Source: Rhina ancylostomus | Taxonomy: Eukaryota | Assembly (NCBI GenBank): GCA_030265395.1 | Contig: JARFYF010000112.1 | Location: 62,684,983-62,748,982, forward strand | DNA length: 64,000 bases | Direction: 5' to 3' | Part shown: positions 1-12,944 of the stretch, piece after piece | Numbering within the stretch: the first letter of the stretch is position 1 | Layout: each line of letters starts with the position of its first letter | Notes under the pieces: model-generated | Told to the model about the DNA's origin: nothing | What the model saw: the letters and a program-made list of their open reading frames with translations, nothing else | The model's database searches: none | Program-made: the position numbers and the translations under genes

Positions 1-3000
1 TACCGAACACTGTACACACCAAAGGGAGATTCAAATTTGCTGTTGTGACGAACATTCCAATGGAGTGTAAAGAACCAAGCTGCACGACTTTAAACTCATT
101 TCTTCAGTGCAGAGCCCTTTGGATGGGTTGAAAATGTGTCTTTTGGAATTTGTATGAAAATTTGTCCAAGTCACTTAGACTACAATTCCATTTGAATTCT
201 TGCTTGATTTTGGAAACACTGCAGTAAAAGTTCTTCATGATTGCTTCACTTAATACAATTTTTTCCCATTTTAAAATCCATTCAGAATTTTACAAGTTGG
301 AATCTCTGGTGACAACTTGTCCTATAGTTTGATGGCCACTGCCATCTATGCTAACCTGTTTCATGAAGAATTGCCTTGATGCATATGTTTCTGGACAAGA
401 AGAAGCAATGTTGTTAATTATTTCACTGTTGAATTCTGCATTCTCTTAGATCACAGAATTTCATCATTACTCAGTGAGAGACTCAACTGCCCCACTCTCC
501 AAACTGGATTATAATTTGGTGGCAGGAGGTCCATAAAATGAAACAAATAATGATACTTCCACTGTTCCCCTTTAAGGAGGATCACTAGCTTGAGACTGAA
601 AAAATAAATTTGCAAGAAAAAGAACCAATTTGAATGTACTTCCTCATCCTAATTCTCACTGCAGCTACTGCACTGTACTAATGGAAGTGAACTTCCAGGT
701 TGTTTGAGATTATATTTAACGAAAAACTCTTATTTACATGTTTCAAAAAAACAGATCCAGTATCTGAAGATTTATGTTTTTAATGCAAGTTAATGCAGTT
801 CCATTGTTGCAAACTGATTCAAGATTTTTTTTCTCATTTTTAAGTGAAATTAACAGCTCTTTCTGATATATATTTGGAGATAGATAGAATTTCTCAATTC
901 ATTTTTGCTTGGATTGGTCTAGATTTTTTTTTAAAGAATTATTTTGCCTCTTCCAAGTGATTTACTTAAAGGCAGTGAATGGGGAAAGCCAGAGGTCACT
1001 TTGCCAATAGGGCAGACTCCATGGATCCAGCCAAACACTTTCTTTTTCCAATGTTTGCCATCCTATCTAGAATTTCTCAAGTAGTAGGTTTCTTCATCAT
1101 CTCAGGTTATGTGCATGTAGATAAAGAACTGAGCATTTCCTTTCAGAATAGTTGCATTTATTCCAAATTTAATCTTAATCAGATTTTACGTTTTAATACT
1201 CTAATTTTATTTAGGATTGGTAGTTCCCTCTTGTGGGATATAAGAGAATTTTTCCAATGTCTTCTGTACAGTTGCAATGTCTTGAAATTCCACTAGATAG
1301 CGGCAGTGTTCAACTCTAATGTCCCCTGGTTAATGTTTACTGGATTTGTGTAACCTGAAGCATTTCAAATTTGATGAGATTTTCTACTGCAGAGCCACAT
1401 TTTGGGGCTTTGCATGTGGCAAACAGCTGGCAATATTTCAATTAACAAGCAAAACCTCAAATGAATCCCTTTATTATGAAATGAAGTTCTTGACTAAGTA
1501 ATGAGATATATTTCAACATGTTATTCAGTAGGTGACCATATTTCACCTGAAGTGCTTAAATGGAAACTTATTTTCAAATCCTAATTAGTTGAATTCTGTA
1601 GCAGGTGCTAGGGTTTTCTGTTTTAATTATGTACGAATCATTTGAATGTTATCTTTTATGTTGATGGGGGAAATCGAAACCTATCTTTGTGATTTGTTAT
1701 AATTCATTTTCTTTAGCTTTCTAAAAATATTCAGACATAAAGTCGTTTCATTTGAATATTAAATTAAATACACGAAATATTACTGCTGTTGGTCTCAATA
1801 ATATCAATCCAGCTTGATTATTCTGGCAGTGACTACAGAAAAAGCTGATCCAGTCTTAGCTAACATCTGGTGTGACAACATTCCTAAAAATAGGTTATCA
1901 TTTTATTCCAGGTGTTAATGTTGCACTTTTTTTTTACAAACTTGTAGCTTATTGAAGTCAATTTTTAAAAAAATGAACTTAACCATCACTGAATATTCTG
2001 ATTCTTTGATTTGTAAGTATTTGAATGGGCAGTTGTAGGATGATACCATTATCATGAAGTAATGGAAATGTGAAGAAAATTTCCAATTTCTCCTCAACCA
2101 TGCTTTGGCTGTTACATGAAAATTGAGTTATAATCATAGAGCATTTTATAAAATTTTTCTTCAAGCCCACTTTTATTTTCCGTTTGGTTTAGGATTTTTA
2201 CTTGTTCTGCATCAAAATGTAAAAGATTTGCAATTTTTTCTTTATTTTGTTCATTAGGTGTACTAAGGGTTTTACAGAACCATGTACAGAGTGAATAAAT
2301 TAATAAAAATTACTAAACTTTTTGCATTTTGAACATGCAGTGAACATCTGGTAACAGTGTGCTTCAATGTGCAGATTGAGTGCAGTAAAATTTCCTCTTG
2401 CCTCTGTAGTTGCTTTGATGCATAGTGATCAATGCAGCAAGTTCAAATTGTGGATGTCTTCATGTTAGTCAGAAAATGCAAACTCATAAATTATTGTCGT
2501 GCTTAAATAGGACAGTTAGTGGAAAAAATGTCAACTAGCTGGAAAGCCTAATTTACAGTAATGAAATATCCTTTGATCTGTTGACAAATGATTTAATCAT
2601 AATATGCATTGAGGTAAAAAGGCTTTCAATAAGCAGCAATAAAGTGTTATGGAAAATTCTTTGCCTTTTTGTTCATATTTGTTCAGTTGTTGAGTAAATC
2701 AGAAACCTATTTGTTAAAAGATATCTATCTTTTTATCTCCTGGACATAATTGATTCAAAAAAAGCATTTAGATGAAAGCATATTTTCTTTTATCAGATTC
2801 TGTTTGTTGCAAGAGGGACCTAGCTTTGGGGAACAAGTGGTTTATTGCCTAGTTTGTTTTCATTAAAAAGAGTAGTGGCATTGGGCTGAATTGTACAGAG
2901 GTGTGCTGGGATGCTGGAGATTTGCCTAAAAGCCTGTTGTGACACAAGAGGCCATTGTACCACTGTTTTTCCAGATATAATAGAAGAAAACACATGGAGA

Positions 3001-5340
3001 TGCAATTCTACTAATGAAAGTACTGCATTAATTTTATTTTCTGGTGTGTTGTTGTCATTCACGAGACGTTTTTAATCTTCATATTGTTTCAGCACAACAA
3101 GCCATTTAAAATGCATTTGGCAGGAAGCCCCTTACTTGGCATTCATTCCTTTTATTTAATACAGTTTGTCAAAATTGTGCATAAAAGGCTTTTAGCTGCT
3201 TCTATTAAAGCATCTTCCTTCAAATATTAATTCATGGGAATAATAATGATCAGTCAGCTACTGCAAAGAGTATACTGCCAGATTTTGTATTGAATACTTC
3301 AGCATTTTCTTTAATGTTCATCTTTGCTCCTTTTTGTTTTAATAGAAGTTTTTTTTTGCTGCATTGATGACATACTTGTGCCAAACTATATATTGTGTGA
3401 AATGTTGATCATTTAGCCACACCAGTCCATCCACTCGACCCTCCTCCCATCCTTTTTCTAACTTTCTCAGTATAATCTTGATTCCTTTCTGATGTTTATG
3501 CAGTTTACTCTGAAATGCATCAATTGCTGTTTCAACTCAATTCATGCAATTGCTAATGTTCGTGTAAGGAAATCCTCATGTTCTTTGATATTTTTCTACC
3601 TTTATGGTGGTGTTGTTGTGATGTTTTCAAGTACAATTAATACTGCAGAGATAACTTGTGCAGTACAGCTGGGCTGGATCAGCAAGCTACTTGAAGTTGT
3701 CCGTTGTTTGTCTCTGGACCTCGCTGTTTCCTCATACCTGGGATCATGCTGGGTCTTCCGATGGGAACCCAGCTCCCAGCCTGTTGGTGAAGTTCAAGAC
3801 TGCTCCAAGCACAAGTGGTTGGCTACAATTTCAGAATGCCTTTGACAGCTGCTGAGGCTATGTCCCACGTTCACCGACTATGAAAATTGTCATGCATAAC
3901 AAACAAAGCTTTTGTTGTGTATCTCCTGATTTTTGCAGTGGTAAATCCACTCCATTTTGTTTTACTAGTTAGCCAAGACATTTACTGCTTTCTTAATTCA
4001 CATTTCAGCGCACTGCTTCAAAGATGTTTTTCCTGTGGTTTAAATGAAATTAACATCTTTTTTCTTTTTCTTTTCCATACTCGTCTATCACTTCTTATAA
4101 CATCTTGACACACAGTTAATTTCATTTCCAGGAAATACTGACAAGTTTTATTACTTTTTCAAGCTTGAAATTTACTTGCCCTTGGTGTGAGAAAATGGAG
4201 ATTTTATAGCTTTAATCTTTGAAAGTAATAGAATGACCTACAGATGGGGCAGCACTTCTGGTGTAAGCAATTTCATTTCTTCTCATAATAAATTTGTCTT
4301 GTATGTTAAGTAATTTGCAACTTGTTTACTTAAATAAATGTAATTTGTATTTCCTTTTTATTTGTCACCATCTATCATGGAAGAATTTAAAAGTTGTAAG
4401 ATTTTCCACAAAGTGTAATTTCTCATGTACAAAAGCACAGCTCGTCACTTGGCCTGGATCTTGCTTTTGCAGTTCATTTGTATTGAGAGATTTATTTTGG
4501 GCCAAATGAGAATTTTAGCTATTTCCTTTGTTTCATCAGCTTCTTACCCTGAAGAGACTGTCAATTCTTCTATATATTCTCTATGTAAATAATAGATGTG
4601 CAGTCAACTATGATCATGAGTGGCATTTTTTCACTCTTTCAAAACTGATATAAATTGAATTTGACAATTAAAATAATGACTTAAATTCTTTCACATTTTC
4701 AAGGAAAGTGAATTTTCTTATTAATCATATCATCTTTATTCTGCACATGCTTTAAAAATGAAACATAGTTTGACAGTACTTGGAAATGTATGCAGTTATT
4801 CAAGGGTGTGCTCCCATTTTGTTTTTGCCCTGCTTGTTTCCCAAGTTTGTGGCATAGTATCCAGGTTTTCTGTAGAAGTAGTTGGTCAGACAAGTATGAC
4901 CATCATGTGCTTTTACGCTAAAAGCAAGTTCTCCTGTCGTGTGATAGCAGACTTAAATAAAATATTAGGTCATTGTCTGTATGACATCACAATATGGTAA
5001 ATTTGGCCATGTGTGCTTGCTAATATGTGACCTGAAATATTTATAACTTCAACAATGATCCTTAATAGTATAGTTCTCACACTGACCAACCAACTGGATT
5101 GGTATCAAGCCTACCCTGTCTCCAAGTTCCTGATTAGATGCCTGCTACCATCTTGGCATGCATTGCAAACTAACTAGCTGAGCTATCTGAAAGANNNNNN
5201 NNNNACAATGGCTGAGGTTTTACAGCACCTGTGCTTGCTGTCCACGGAATCCATCCCTCGCAAACAGCCAAATCCAGAAAGCCCACGTTACTTGTAAATA
5301 TGATTCCTCGAGTTGTGATGAAGTATACCATAAGACTGAA

Positions 5341-5545
5341 CTGTTCCCAGGGACACATCCTAAGACAGACGTCCACTGTTGCTTGAAGATCATTAGCTTG
5401 ATGAAAGGCGCACTTTGGTCTGCCCAAAACTTAATGAACTTCCAGTGCAGAAGCTGTCCACAATCAAAATTTGCCCAAACTGAAATGTAGCACTATGCAC
5501 TGAGGCTTGGTGCAGCCAATGCAAAAGCTCATAAATTTAAGGCCC
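5341..5545 (+). mobile_element. Decayed C-terminal ORF2 fragment of a Tx1/L1-clade LINE
   Basis: 5341 onward translates LFPGTHPKTDVHCCLKIISLMKGALWSAQNLMNFQC. After a frameshift/deletion it gives ALRLGAANAKA (~5498). This resembles the recalled C-terminus of elasmobranch Tx1-like ORF2 (..ALWSARNL..ALKLGAA.AKA). Confidence 0.55.
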
Positions 5546-6189
5546 ACCACTGGACACTGAGGGATTAGGCTCTGCGTAAAAACCCCTCAAATTGATTGCT
5601 GATGGAATGTTTGAGGGGAAAACAAATTGTTACCATGTTCACAAAATATAAACATTTTAAACAATGGTCTTCTAGGTACAGGGAATGATGACAAATATCC
5701 TGTATTGTACATTGCAAAATTTATGAATAAGGTACAACTTTGGAAAACAAATTATCAAAAAGAAATCTCAAAACCTTTCAAAATCTGCCAAATGCCTGCA
5801 GTTCCATGAGGAACAACCAGCACTCAGGAGCAAAATCCAGACCAATTTTTTTTGTGAAGTGGCTTCTGAAGGAATTGAGCTGAACTAGAAGTAAATTGAA
5901 GAAACCAGTTCTGATGAAGAGTCTTTCTTTTAAATACAGTTCAACCCCTGTAGTTTTTATTAACTTTGTGAATCTTGAAATGGGTATTGTTAAATTTAAA
6001 CGGAAACTTCATCTGATCATTTGACATTACTCTTTCTGCTATTTTGGAAGCGATTTGGTCTATACAGAAATGTTTAGTGCACTCCATTAAAATAGACAGA
6101 CTTATTAAAATGCTATTAGCATTTGTCATTCATTTTCCAAAGGAAAATGACATGGTTATTTTGACCCTTTCATGGATCTTTGGCATGTT

Positions 6190-6680
6190 CCACATGCTTT
6201 AAAGCAGTTGCATACTTTTAAAATGTGATCATTGTTTCAATATGCACAGTAGACAATTATGCATAGCAAGCTCCCATTAGATGACAAGGTAATCTTTTTG
6301 GTTGTGTTAATTGAAGGATATAAATTGACCAGGATATTGGTAACGACTTAAATGAAAGCAAAAGATGCTGGAATCGCTCAGCAGGTCAGGCAGCGGCTGT
6401 GGAAAGAAAAGCAGTTAACATTTCAGGCCTGCAACTCTTTCCTCATTGAGTGTTTTCAGTGTCTGCAGTTTTTTTACTTGTTTTGGGAACAACTATTCTA
6501 AAGAGATTTTTTTTCACCCCCTTCTTAAAGACCAGACTAGCCCAAGGTCTTTCATCTGAAAGACATTTTTGACAGTGCTACAAGTACCAGCCTAAATTGT
6601 TTATACTCCATTCTCTGGAATGAGACTTGAATTCTCAATACTCTCACTTGAGCAAGAGTGCTATGAGTTACAGCTGACAT
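6190..6680 (-). mobile_element. Old DeuSINE (SacSINE1-like tRNA-derived SINE), interrupted by a Penelope fragment at ~6350-6485
   Basis: Blocks gcatagcaagctccca, ttgaaggatataaattgaccagga, tcatctgaaagac..tgacagtgc and ctctggaatgagacttgaa..gagtgcta match, in order, the reverse complement of the recalled DeuSINE tail, Deu domain and tRNA head. Confidence 0.65.
6350..6485. mobile_element. Penelope-like terminal-repeat fragment, head-to-head inverted, with degenerate hammerhead motif on the - strand
   Basis: The - strand of 6412-6450 reads aTGAGGA-aagagttgcaggcct-GAAAT-GTT-aactg, followed by the shared tail (acag..gctgcctgacctgctgag..ttccagcatc). A short + strand tail lies at 6446-6482. Confidence 0.6.
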
Positions 6681-7284
6681 CAACAGTGGTGTCAGACATT
6701 TTCTTTTTTGATTGTGGAAGTGGCATTTTTCTATGCAACAGGAATGTTTAGAAGAAAATGCACACAATTATTTTTTTTAAATATATAAAATGCACAAAAC
6801 CTGAGTTGTGCAACTGAGGACTTGGTTTGTGCCTTTGTGAACTCAAAGCTTGCAATCGGGAATATTGCAATCAATTATATTTGGTATTAATGATTCTTTA
6901 CATTTTTTTGACTGTTGATGGCGTGAAGACTTCCGTGTACAAAGATTGCAAACTTTTTACAGAGTTGCAAAGCACATCAATTCAATGTACTGTCCATCAT
7001 CAATCAGACTAAATATACTGATATTTGTTTGACTCCAAGTAAAGCACACAATTCCAATCTTTTTAGATTTATTTTTAAATCTTGGGCATTCTGCAACAAA
7101 ATTGAGAACTTTCCCATAATGCAACTTAATGTATTTGCATCAGGTTCTAACTCTTTATTTCCAAAAGCTTTTGCAACTAATTTTGAAAAAATATAACATT
7201 TTCAGTAGGTAGTAGTCATATTCCAGAAAGTGCATTTTGAAGATTTTTTTGAAGTTGCCTTTCTTGTGTGCTTGTTTCTTTTTA

Positions 7285-7555
7285 ACTTCATTTGTGGCTT
7301 GTTGTTGGCCCTTGTCCATCTCTAATTGCCCTGAACTGAGGAGATAGTTAACTATATTGGTGAAATTGGAGTCAAAAGACCTGGTGGGTAAGGATTTTAG
7401 ATTCCTATCCCTGGAGGACAACATGGGGTTTTATGACAATTGAGTAGTTTTGTACTTGTATTTTTAATTCCATGTTTGTTTGTTTATTTAAGTTTAAATT
7501 CCCCAGCTCCTTGATAAGGTTAAAACCTGAGTCTCTGGATTAATGGTCCAGATGT
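7285..7555 (-). mobile_element. Decayed tRNA-derived SINE with CR1-like tail
   Basis: Shares ordered blocks with 9960-10320 (tgtccatc.ctaattg..ctgaactg, ggtttt..tga...tgagtagttt, ttttaat, gtccag/ctggat). Confidence 0.5.
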
Positions 7556-7559
7556 CTCT

Positions 7560-7722
7560 GTCTATCTTGGCTTCCCCACTCCACTTCCACTATGTGCCTC
7601 CTGACCCCAAACCTCTTTTCCTCTGCCTCCTGGCCCTGCCTCCCTCCACCTCTGCCCATTGACTCCATCCTCTCTCTTTGCTCTCTCTGCTTCCTCGCCC
7701 TTTTTCCTCACTTGCCCCATCT
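7560..7722. repeat. C/T-rich low-complexity tract
   Basis: About 160 bp strongly dominated by C and T on the + strand; no fixed period. Confidence 0.6.
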
Positions 7723-8287
7723 AGTATCAAAAAAAAAGATCATATTTGTGTTCATCCAAATGATCATTTGTTTCTCGTAGTCTTCAGTTCACATCTGCCA
7801 TGTTTGATTATTGGTGCTAATTTCTGATTCTGCTAAAGAAATAGGATCATTTCCTTGGTGCTTTTATCTAGTTAAAACATCAGTTTAGCATAGAAGAATA
7901 CTTCCAGACTGCACACTGCATACAAGGCAAACTGGTATGTATGTCAATAGCTTTCATTACTATTGCCTGCCACCTCAACATTTGGCGAATACATTACTGC
8001 CTGGAATGATGAAATCGTTTTTGCTCTGTGGATGTCTTGGGGAAAATATGATTGTAAATTGATTTTCTCATTTTATTTTTGGAATGCTAAAATGTGTTTT
8101 TCTTTTCTCTGGGATTAAACAATGTACAGATATAAAATTTGAGGTTGGTGATCACAACACCTTCGAGAACATAGTCTTTTTATGCTATATTTATGTTCAT
8201 TCAATCTAGGTTGATGCAGAATGTTTCTACATTGTGCCTGTTGACTTTTCTTGTTTATTACTATGCCTAATCAACAGCATATACATA

Positions 8288-8395
8288 GGGTCCTGATGCA
8301 TGGTCTCGACCCAAAATGTTGATCAACCCTCTGCCTCCACAGATGCTGCAGAGCCCACTGAGTTCCTCAGTAGTTTCTTTCTGTTTTTGCAGCAT
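8288..8395 (+). mobile_element. Penelope-like terminal-repeat fragment with degenerate minimal hammerhead motif
   Basis: ggtc-CTGATGC-atggtctcgaccc-AAAAT-GTT-gatc, then the family tail ctccacagatgctgc...ctgagttcctc. Confidence 0.7.
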
Positions 8396-9959
8396 TGATA
8401 TCTTTATTGCTCAGAAATAATTGCATGTATAATGGATAATAACTTTTGCAGAACTTGCCAAAAGCCATTCTCAATTTAATTGTAATTTATGGCAAGAATC
8501 TCAATTTGGCTAAAATGCTGTAAACGTAGAGTACTGAAATTGGATGTGGTGCGAGAGCCGAATAATCCTGATTGGATGAAATCCACCATTGATTCCATTA
8601 GTATCTAGGAGATGGCTGATTATCAACAGTTTAAACTGGGCAAGAATAATTGTGAAACTATTTCCATCTGTTATTTTTCTCTGGAGTCAGCTAAGGTCAC
8701 ACTGTTCCTTTTTAATGCAGTAAATTTTCCTTTGTGCCTCATGTAGAGAGAATAAAATTGAGCTTCAGTCAAGAGTTGACAAGTGGGAGAAAAAATTTGC
8801 TGTTGCAAATGCTGAAAATAATTGTAAAAGGTGGACATACTTTCCCATATTTTGCTGTGATTTCCTCCCCCACGACACTGGTGTACTGGCTTGGTTAGGG
8901 GTGGGTGGGGTTAGGGGGTTGGAGTTGGCAATGATGGCGATAATGTTAAATCATTCCTCTTACTATATCAATGATATCCTTGCCAAATATACAGTTTTAA
9001 TTGATGCAGAATTGCAAAATTTGTTAATTTTTCAAGTGATCGTAAAATGTATGAGTGGAGCATGCAGTTAAAGATTACCATACAAATTTGTTATGTTCAT
9101 ATATAGGTAGTCAAAATGAAATTTTACTCAAGCAAACCAAATTATGCACTATTGTAAGAAAGTGAAAAGAGAATTGGTATGCAATTCAGGAAATATAAGT
9201 AAAAGAGACTTTGGAAACAAAAGGCAAGTTGTTTACTTTCAGTGTTAAGATAATGTGGAAACAAATTGGAATATTATTAATCAAAACCACAAAATGTTGG
9301 TTGTTCCACTGGAGAAAAGATGGACCCAGCATTGGATAGATTTAAGATATCAGCAACAAGAATGATCCCTAGCATTAAGTCAATAGTCATAATTAAAGAT
9401 CAGAAAAACTTCAACTTGCTTTTAAGATTTTAAAAAAAGGCTAAGAGCATTTTACACCAAATATTGTTTAAAAGATCTGTGGGCAAACTGCATTAGGGAA
9501 CTTCCTATTTGATTTAATGCTAGTGAACTTAACACATCTGTAAGATACCTTGGGTGATAAGCTGTTAGAAATGATTTGCAGGTAAACAGTGAGATATTAC
9601 AAGAGTTCAAGATACAATTAAATCTGAATGACTAAATTGAAATAATAAAGGGAAAAGTCAATGGATTGAGTGGTTTTTTTTGTTTTCTATCTTTTTCTAA
9701 TTTTCACAAGTATTTTGTTTACTTTTAATCACCTGATTTAGTGTTGATCATTTTGTATGTTTTGGTGTCTATATGAGTGTTTTGCATTTCCTCAAGATCA
9801 GTTTTGTCCATTGGCCAATAGCCAGCCTTCCCCAGAAACATTTTGGTTTCTATTTGTTTTATTCTGTATGGGTTTGATATGATAAGATTTGAGGAAGGAA
9901 ACCTTTAAGTTGCATCTGTAAAAGTTTATGCCATTGATTTTGTTTTTACTTGATCAAGA

Positions 9960-10320
9960 GAAGTGGATGTTTCTAGCAAGGCCTGCATTTATTGTCCATC
10001 ACTAATTGTCTCCTGAACTGGGTGCTAGTAATTGTTTGCTCAACTACTTTGGAGGATAGTTGAGAAGCAACCACAGCGGTAGGCCTGGTGTCAAATAGAA
10101 AAGAGTAGAAGTCTTCCTGAAATGCACAAATGAAGTAGATGAGTTTTTTTAATGATACCTGAGTAGTTTCATCATCACTATTAATAATGCTAGCTTTTTA
10201 ATCTCTGAATAATTACTTGAACTACCATGCTGCAAATGGAACTTGTATCTTCAGAGCAAATAGTCCAGGCACCTGGATGTACTCTATTTAGTAATTTGTC
10301 TACTATGTTACTATATCCCA
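9960..10320 (-). mobile_element. Decayed tRNA-derived SINE with CR1-like tail (same family as 7285-7555)
   Basis: Begins with gcaaggcctgcatttattgtccatcactaattg, matching the LINE 3' end at ~35020. Internal blocks are shared with 7285-7555. Confidence 0.55.
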
Positions 10321-10516
10321 TGTTAAACATAAGTTTTCTGATAACTTCAAGACTGGTGACTAAGAAAATTGCTACTATTCAAGACATTGTGGATCATTAA
10401 AATAATTCNNNNNNNNNNNNNNNNGAAGTGAGACCAGGGAAGTTTTCCGTGTAGCCATTATGTATATCATAAAACCTGTACTAGTTTTAACTGAATTAAG
10501 TTGGCCTTAATAATTT

Positions 10517-11240
10517 GGCCTGTATTTGCACCAAGAATAATAGCGAGGCTTCCAACAGTCGTGATTGTAATCAGGAAATACGATAGCTGGAGTGCGCATG
10601 TGTTCATTTAAACTCCGGTCAGTGATTTCCTGCGCCTCCACAGGGTGTACTGTTATAGCCCTCCCCAACATAATCTTCAAATTTCAGTGAGCCTGCAACA
10701 ACTTAAAAGTGTTAGCAAACTCATTTTGCTGCTTTTTGTTTGAAAATCTGAAAATGTTTTGCTTTGGTTACATGAGAATAACAGAGTTTTAATGGCTTAC
10801 TGAGACATAACTACTGCTTGACAACCTCTCTGACCCTAAAATACTCATTTTAAATGTGTGCTCATCATTCATCAGATAAAATTCAAAAGTTGCGCCATTT
10901 TTTAAAATTCATATTTAAATTGCCCATATTTTAGTTTCTAATTTAATCTTATGTAAAAATAAAATTTTCACATGCACTTTCCAACTATTTTTCCTGCTCT
11001 ACAAAATGTTTAAAAGGTTGGTGGCAATTTTTTTTTAACTTCTTGCTTTTGAAGTCTTGATGAACTCAGTAATGTGTTTGCACACTGCTTAGATGGCAGA
11101 AGTCCTCTAGATCTGATACCTGATGGCAACTAAGGTTGGGAGGAAACCTTGAAATCCATACCAAAGATTCAGATTTGTTTTGGACAGTTTTCTTCATCAC
11201 CAACAATTGTTATTGCCCTTGGTGGTCGCAAATCGAGGCC
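10517..11240. mobile_element. Possible old MITE / non-autonomous DNA transposon
   Basis: Left end ggcctgtatttgcaccaagaataatag versus reverse complement of right end ggcctcgatttgcgaccaccaagggcaataac: an imperfect terminal inverted repeat. No clean TSD. Confidence 0.4.
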
Positions 11241-12352
11241 AATGTTTGAAGTACACAGGTGATGCTGGACATAGGTTAACACCTGTCACAGTCTATCAGG
11301 ATTTTATTTTGCTGTTAAATCTAAGCATTGTTGGAAATAACCTGCATCTCTAGCAGGTTAATCTTATAATTTTATAATTAATTTCTTTTTTTCCATTAAC
11401 ACCATTTAGGAATAAGAACAAAATGAATTAATCACATTCGTTAAGATAGCTACATGCAAACCACAATGTGCCAATTAAGCAGGGAATACAATTAAGACAC
11501 AAGTTCAAAGTGTACTGTTGTTGCACATTTTAAAGCCAGTACAATTTTCAGCTGAATAGGCATCCCCTGTTTTATAGCTTTGAATTGGTTGTAACTTTGT
11601 TAGGAAAAACACCAATATTTGACTTTGATCCCTTAAGGATTGTGTTAACGTGTACTGTTTGGTGTGACTGCACAAATGCTTTTTCAGCAACATATTCTTT
11701 AAATTTCAAAATTCAAATTAAAGAATCATTAAACTTTGTTTTGGCTTTCCAGCTAAAGCTTAACTTACAGCAGGAGAGCCAACATATTTGTCATTGCAGT
11801 AAAAATAAACTAATTGTGAAGGATCAAAAAAAATCTTTAAGCAGGGCAGCGTATTTCAATTAAAACATGAGGTTCTAGAAATACAAGGTTTTTAACTTTA
11901 GTGCAACAAATGAAATGCTTGCCTAATTAGTTAGAAAATTCCCAAGTTAGTGGTGAAGTTTTTTGTGTTTTTTCTTAAATCATTAAATAATGTGACTTCC
12001 ATTACCTGACAAAGTAATTCTACCCATCCATTTATATGTATGATTAAGCTTATATAAAAACATTAAAATTAACACTATTTATAGAAAGGAAAACAAGGTC
12101 AATATGTTTTCGTCTGATAGTGTACTTCAGAGGTTTCGAAGGGTACTGTCTCTAACAACAGTGTTTTAAGACATCAAAGGGATTTACGTAATTTGAAGTG
12201 TATTACTTTGCAAGGTATGGAAGACACATTGTAATTTTGTACATGTCTCGAAAGTGCACTCAAGTATGATATTACTGCTAAGTAGTTTGATTTTTATGGA
12301 TGATAATTAAGCCAACAGCCAGTCAGTAAATTTAGTAATTTTTCTTTTGTAG

Positions 12353-12486
12353 ATTATTGGCCCTAATTCTATACCATGGATGCGATCCTTCTTAGACAAA
12401 ATGACAATGCACCAGCAGATCCTGTTCAAGTTCATCGCATGCAATGAGATTCTTTTGATGCCTGCAGGTGTCTTTATGTTACTTGG
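12353..12486 (+). CDS. TMEM33: TMEM33-like protein, internal coding exon (equivalent of TMEM33 exon 5; 134 bp, phase 0 to 2)
   Basis: Acceptor ttttcttttgtag|, donor GG|gtaaat. Translates IIGPNSIPWMRSFLDKMTMHQQILFKFIACNEILLMPAGVFMLL(G), with the TMEM33 motif KFIACNEI.LMPA.VFML. Orthologue versus paralogue is unresolved. Confidence 0.95.
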
Positions 12487-12811
12487 GTAAATATTAAACA
12501 AAGTTAATGATATTGTACCAATCTGTTTAATCTTGAAAGCACTAATCAGATTTTTTAACTACACTGCTTGCTTGAATCATGTACAGTGTAATGTGTAAAA
12601 GCTCATATTGGGTATTACACAACTTGTACGGAATATAATGCAGGAAGTTGTTCAGCATTTTCATGGTTCTTGTCTCCAAATATTGGTATTAATATTAATA
12701 ACATTAATATGATGGTCTGTATAAAAGTTTTAAAAGTGTAGTAGTCCAATGCACACCAAATTTAAAATTAGTCTGTTGAAAAACATGTTTATATGTCTGA
12801 ATTTTAATTGT

Positions 12812-12944
12812 CCGGTGCACATGAAGGGTCTTGACCCAAAAGATCAACTGTTCATTTCCCTCTACAATGCTGCCTGACCACCTAAGTTCTTCCAGCAGTT
12901 TGTTTTTTCACTCCAGATTCAGTATCTACAGTCTCTTGTGTCTC
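12812..12944 (+). mobile_element. Short Penelope-derived insertion with truncated hammerhead motif and 16-bp TSD
   Basis: ATGA-agggtcttgaccc-AAAAG-ATC-aactg plus the full tail ending gtctcttgtgtctc. Flanked by exact tctgaattttaattgt at 12796-12811 and 12945-12960. Confidence 0.8.

Noticed and set aside
3490-3600. Peptide FNSIHAIANV as a possible upstream TMEM33 exon (LFSLLHAATY-like)
   Set aside because: Similarity is too weak and no matching acceptor/donor pair of suitable phase was found. The preceding exon is probably outside the window.
5905-5925. ccagttCTGATGAagagtc hammerhead-like start
   Set aside because: No stem II closure, GAAA or family tail follows; at most a tiny remnant, so not counted.
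12461-12473. Internal CAG|GTGTCT donor-like site in the 134-bp exon
   Set aside because: Poor +4 to +6 match, and its use would shift the frame by 19 nt. The downstream donor preserves the frame and homology.
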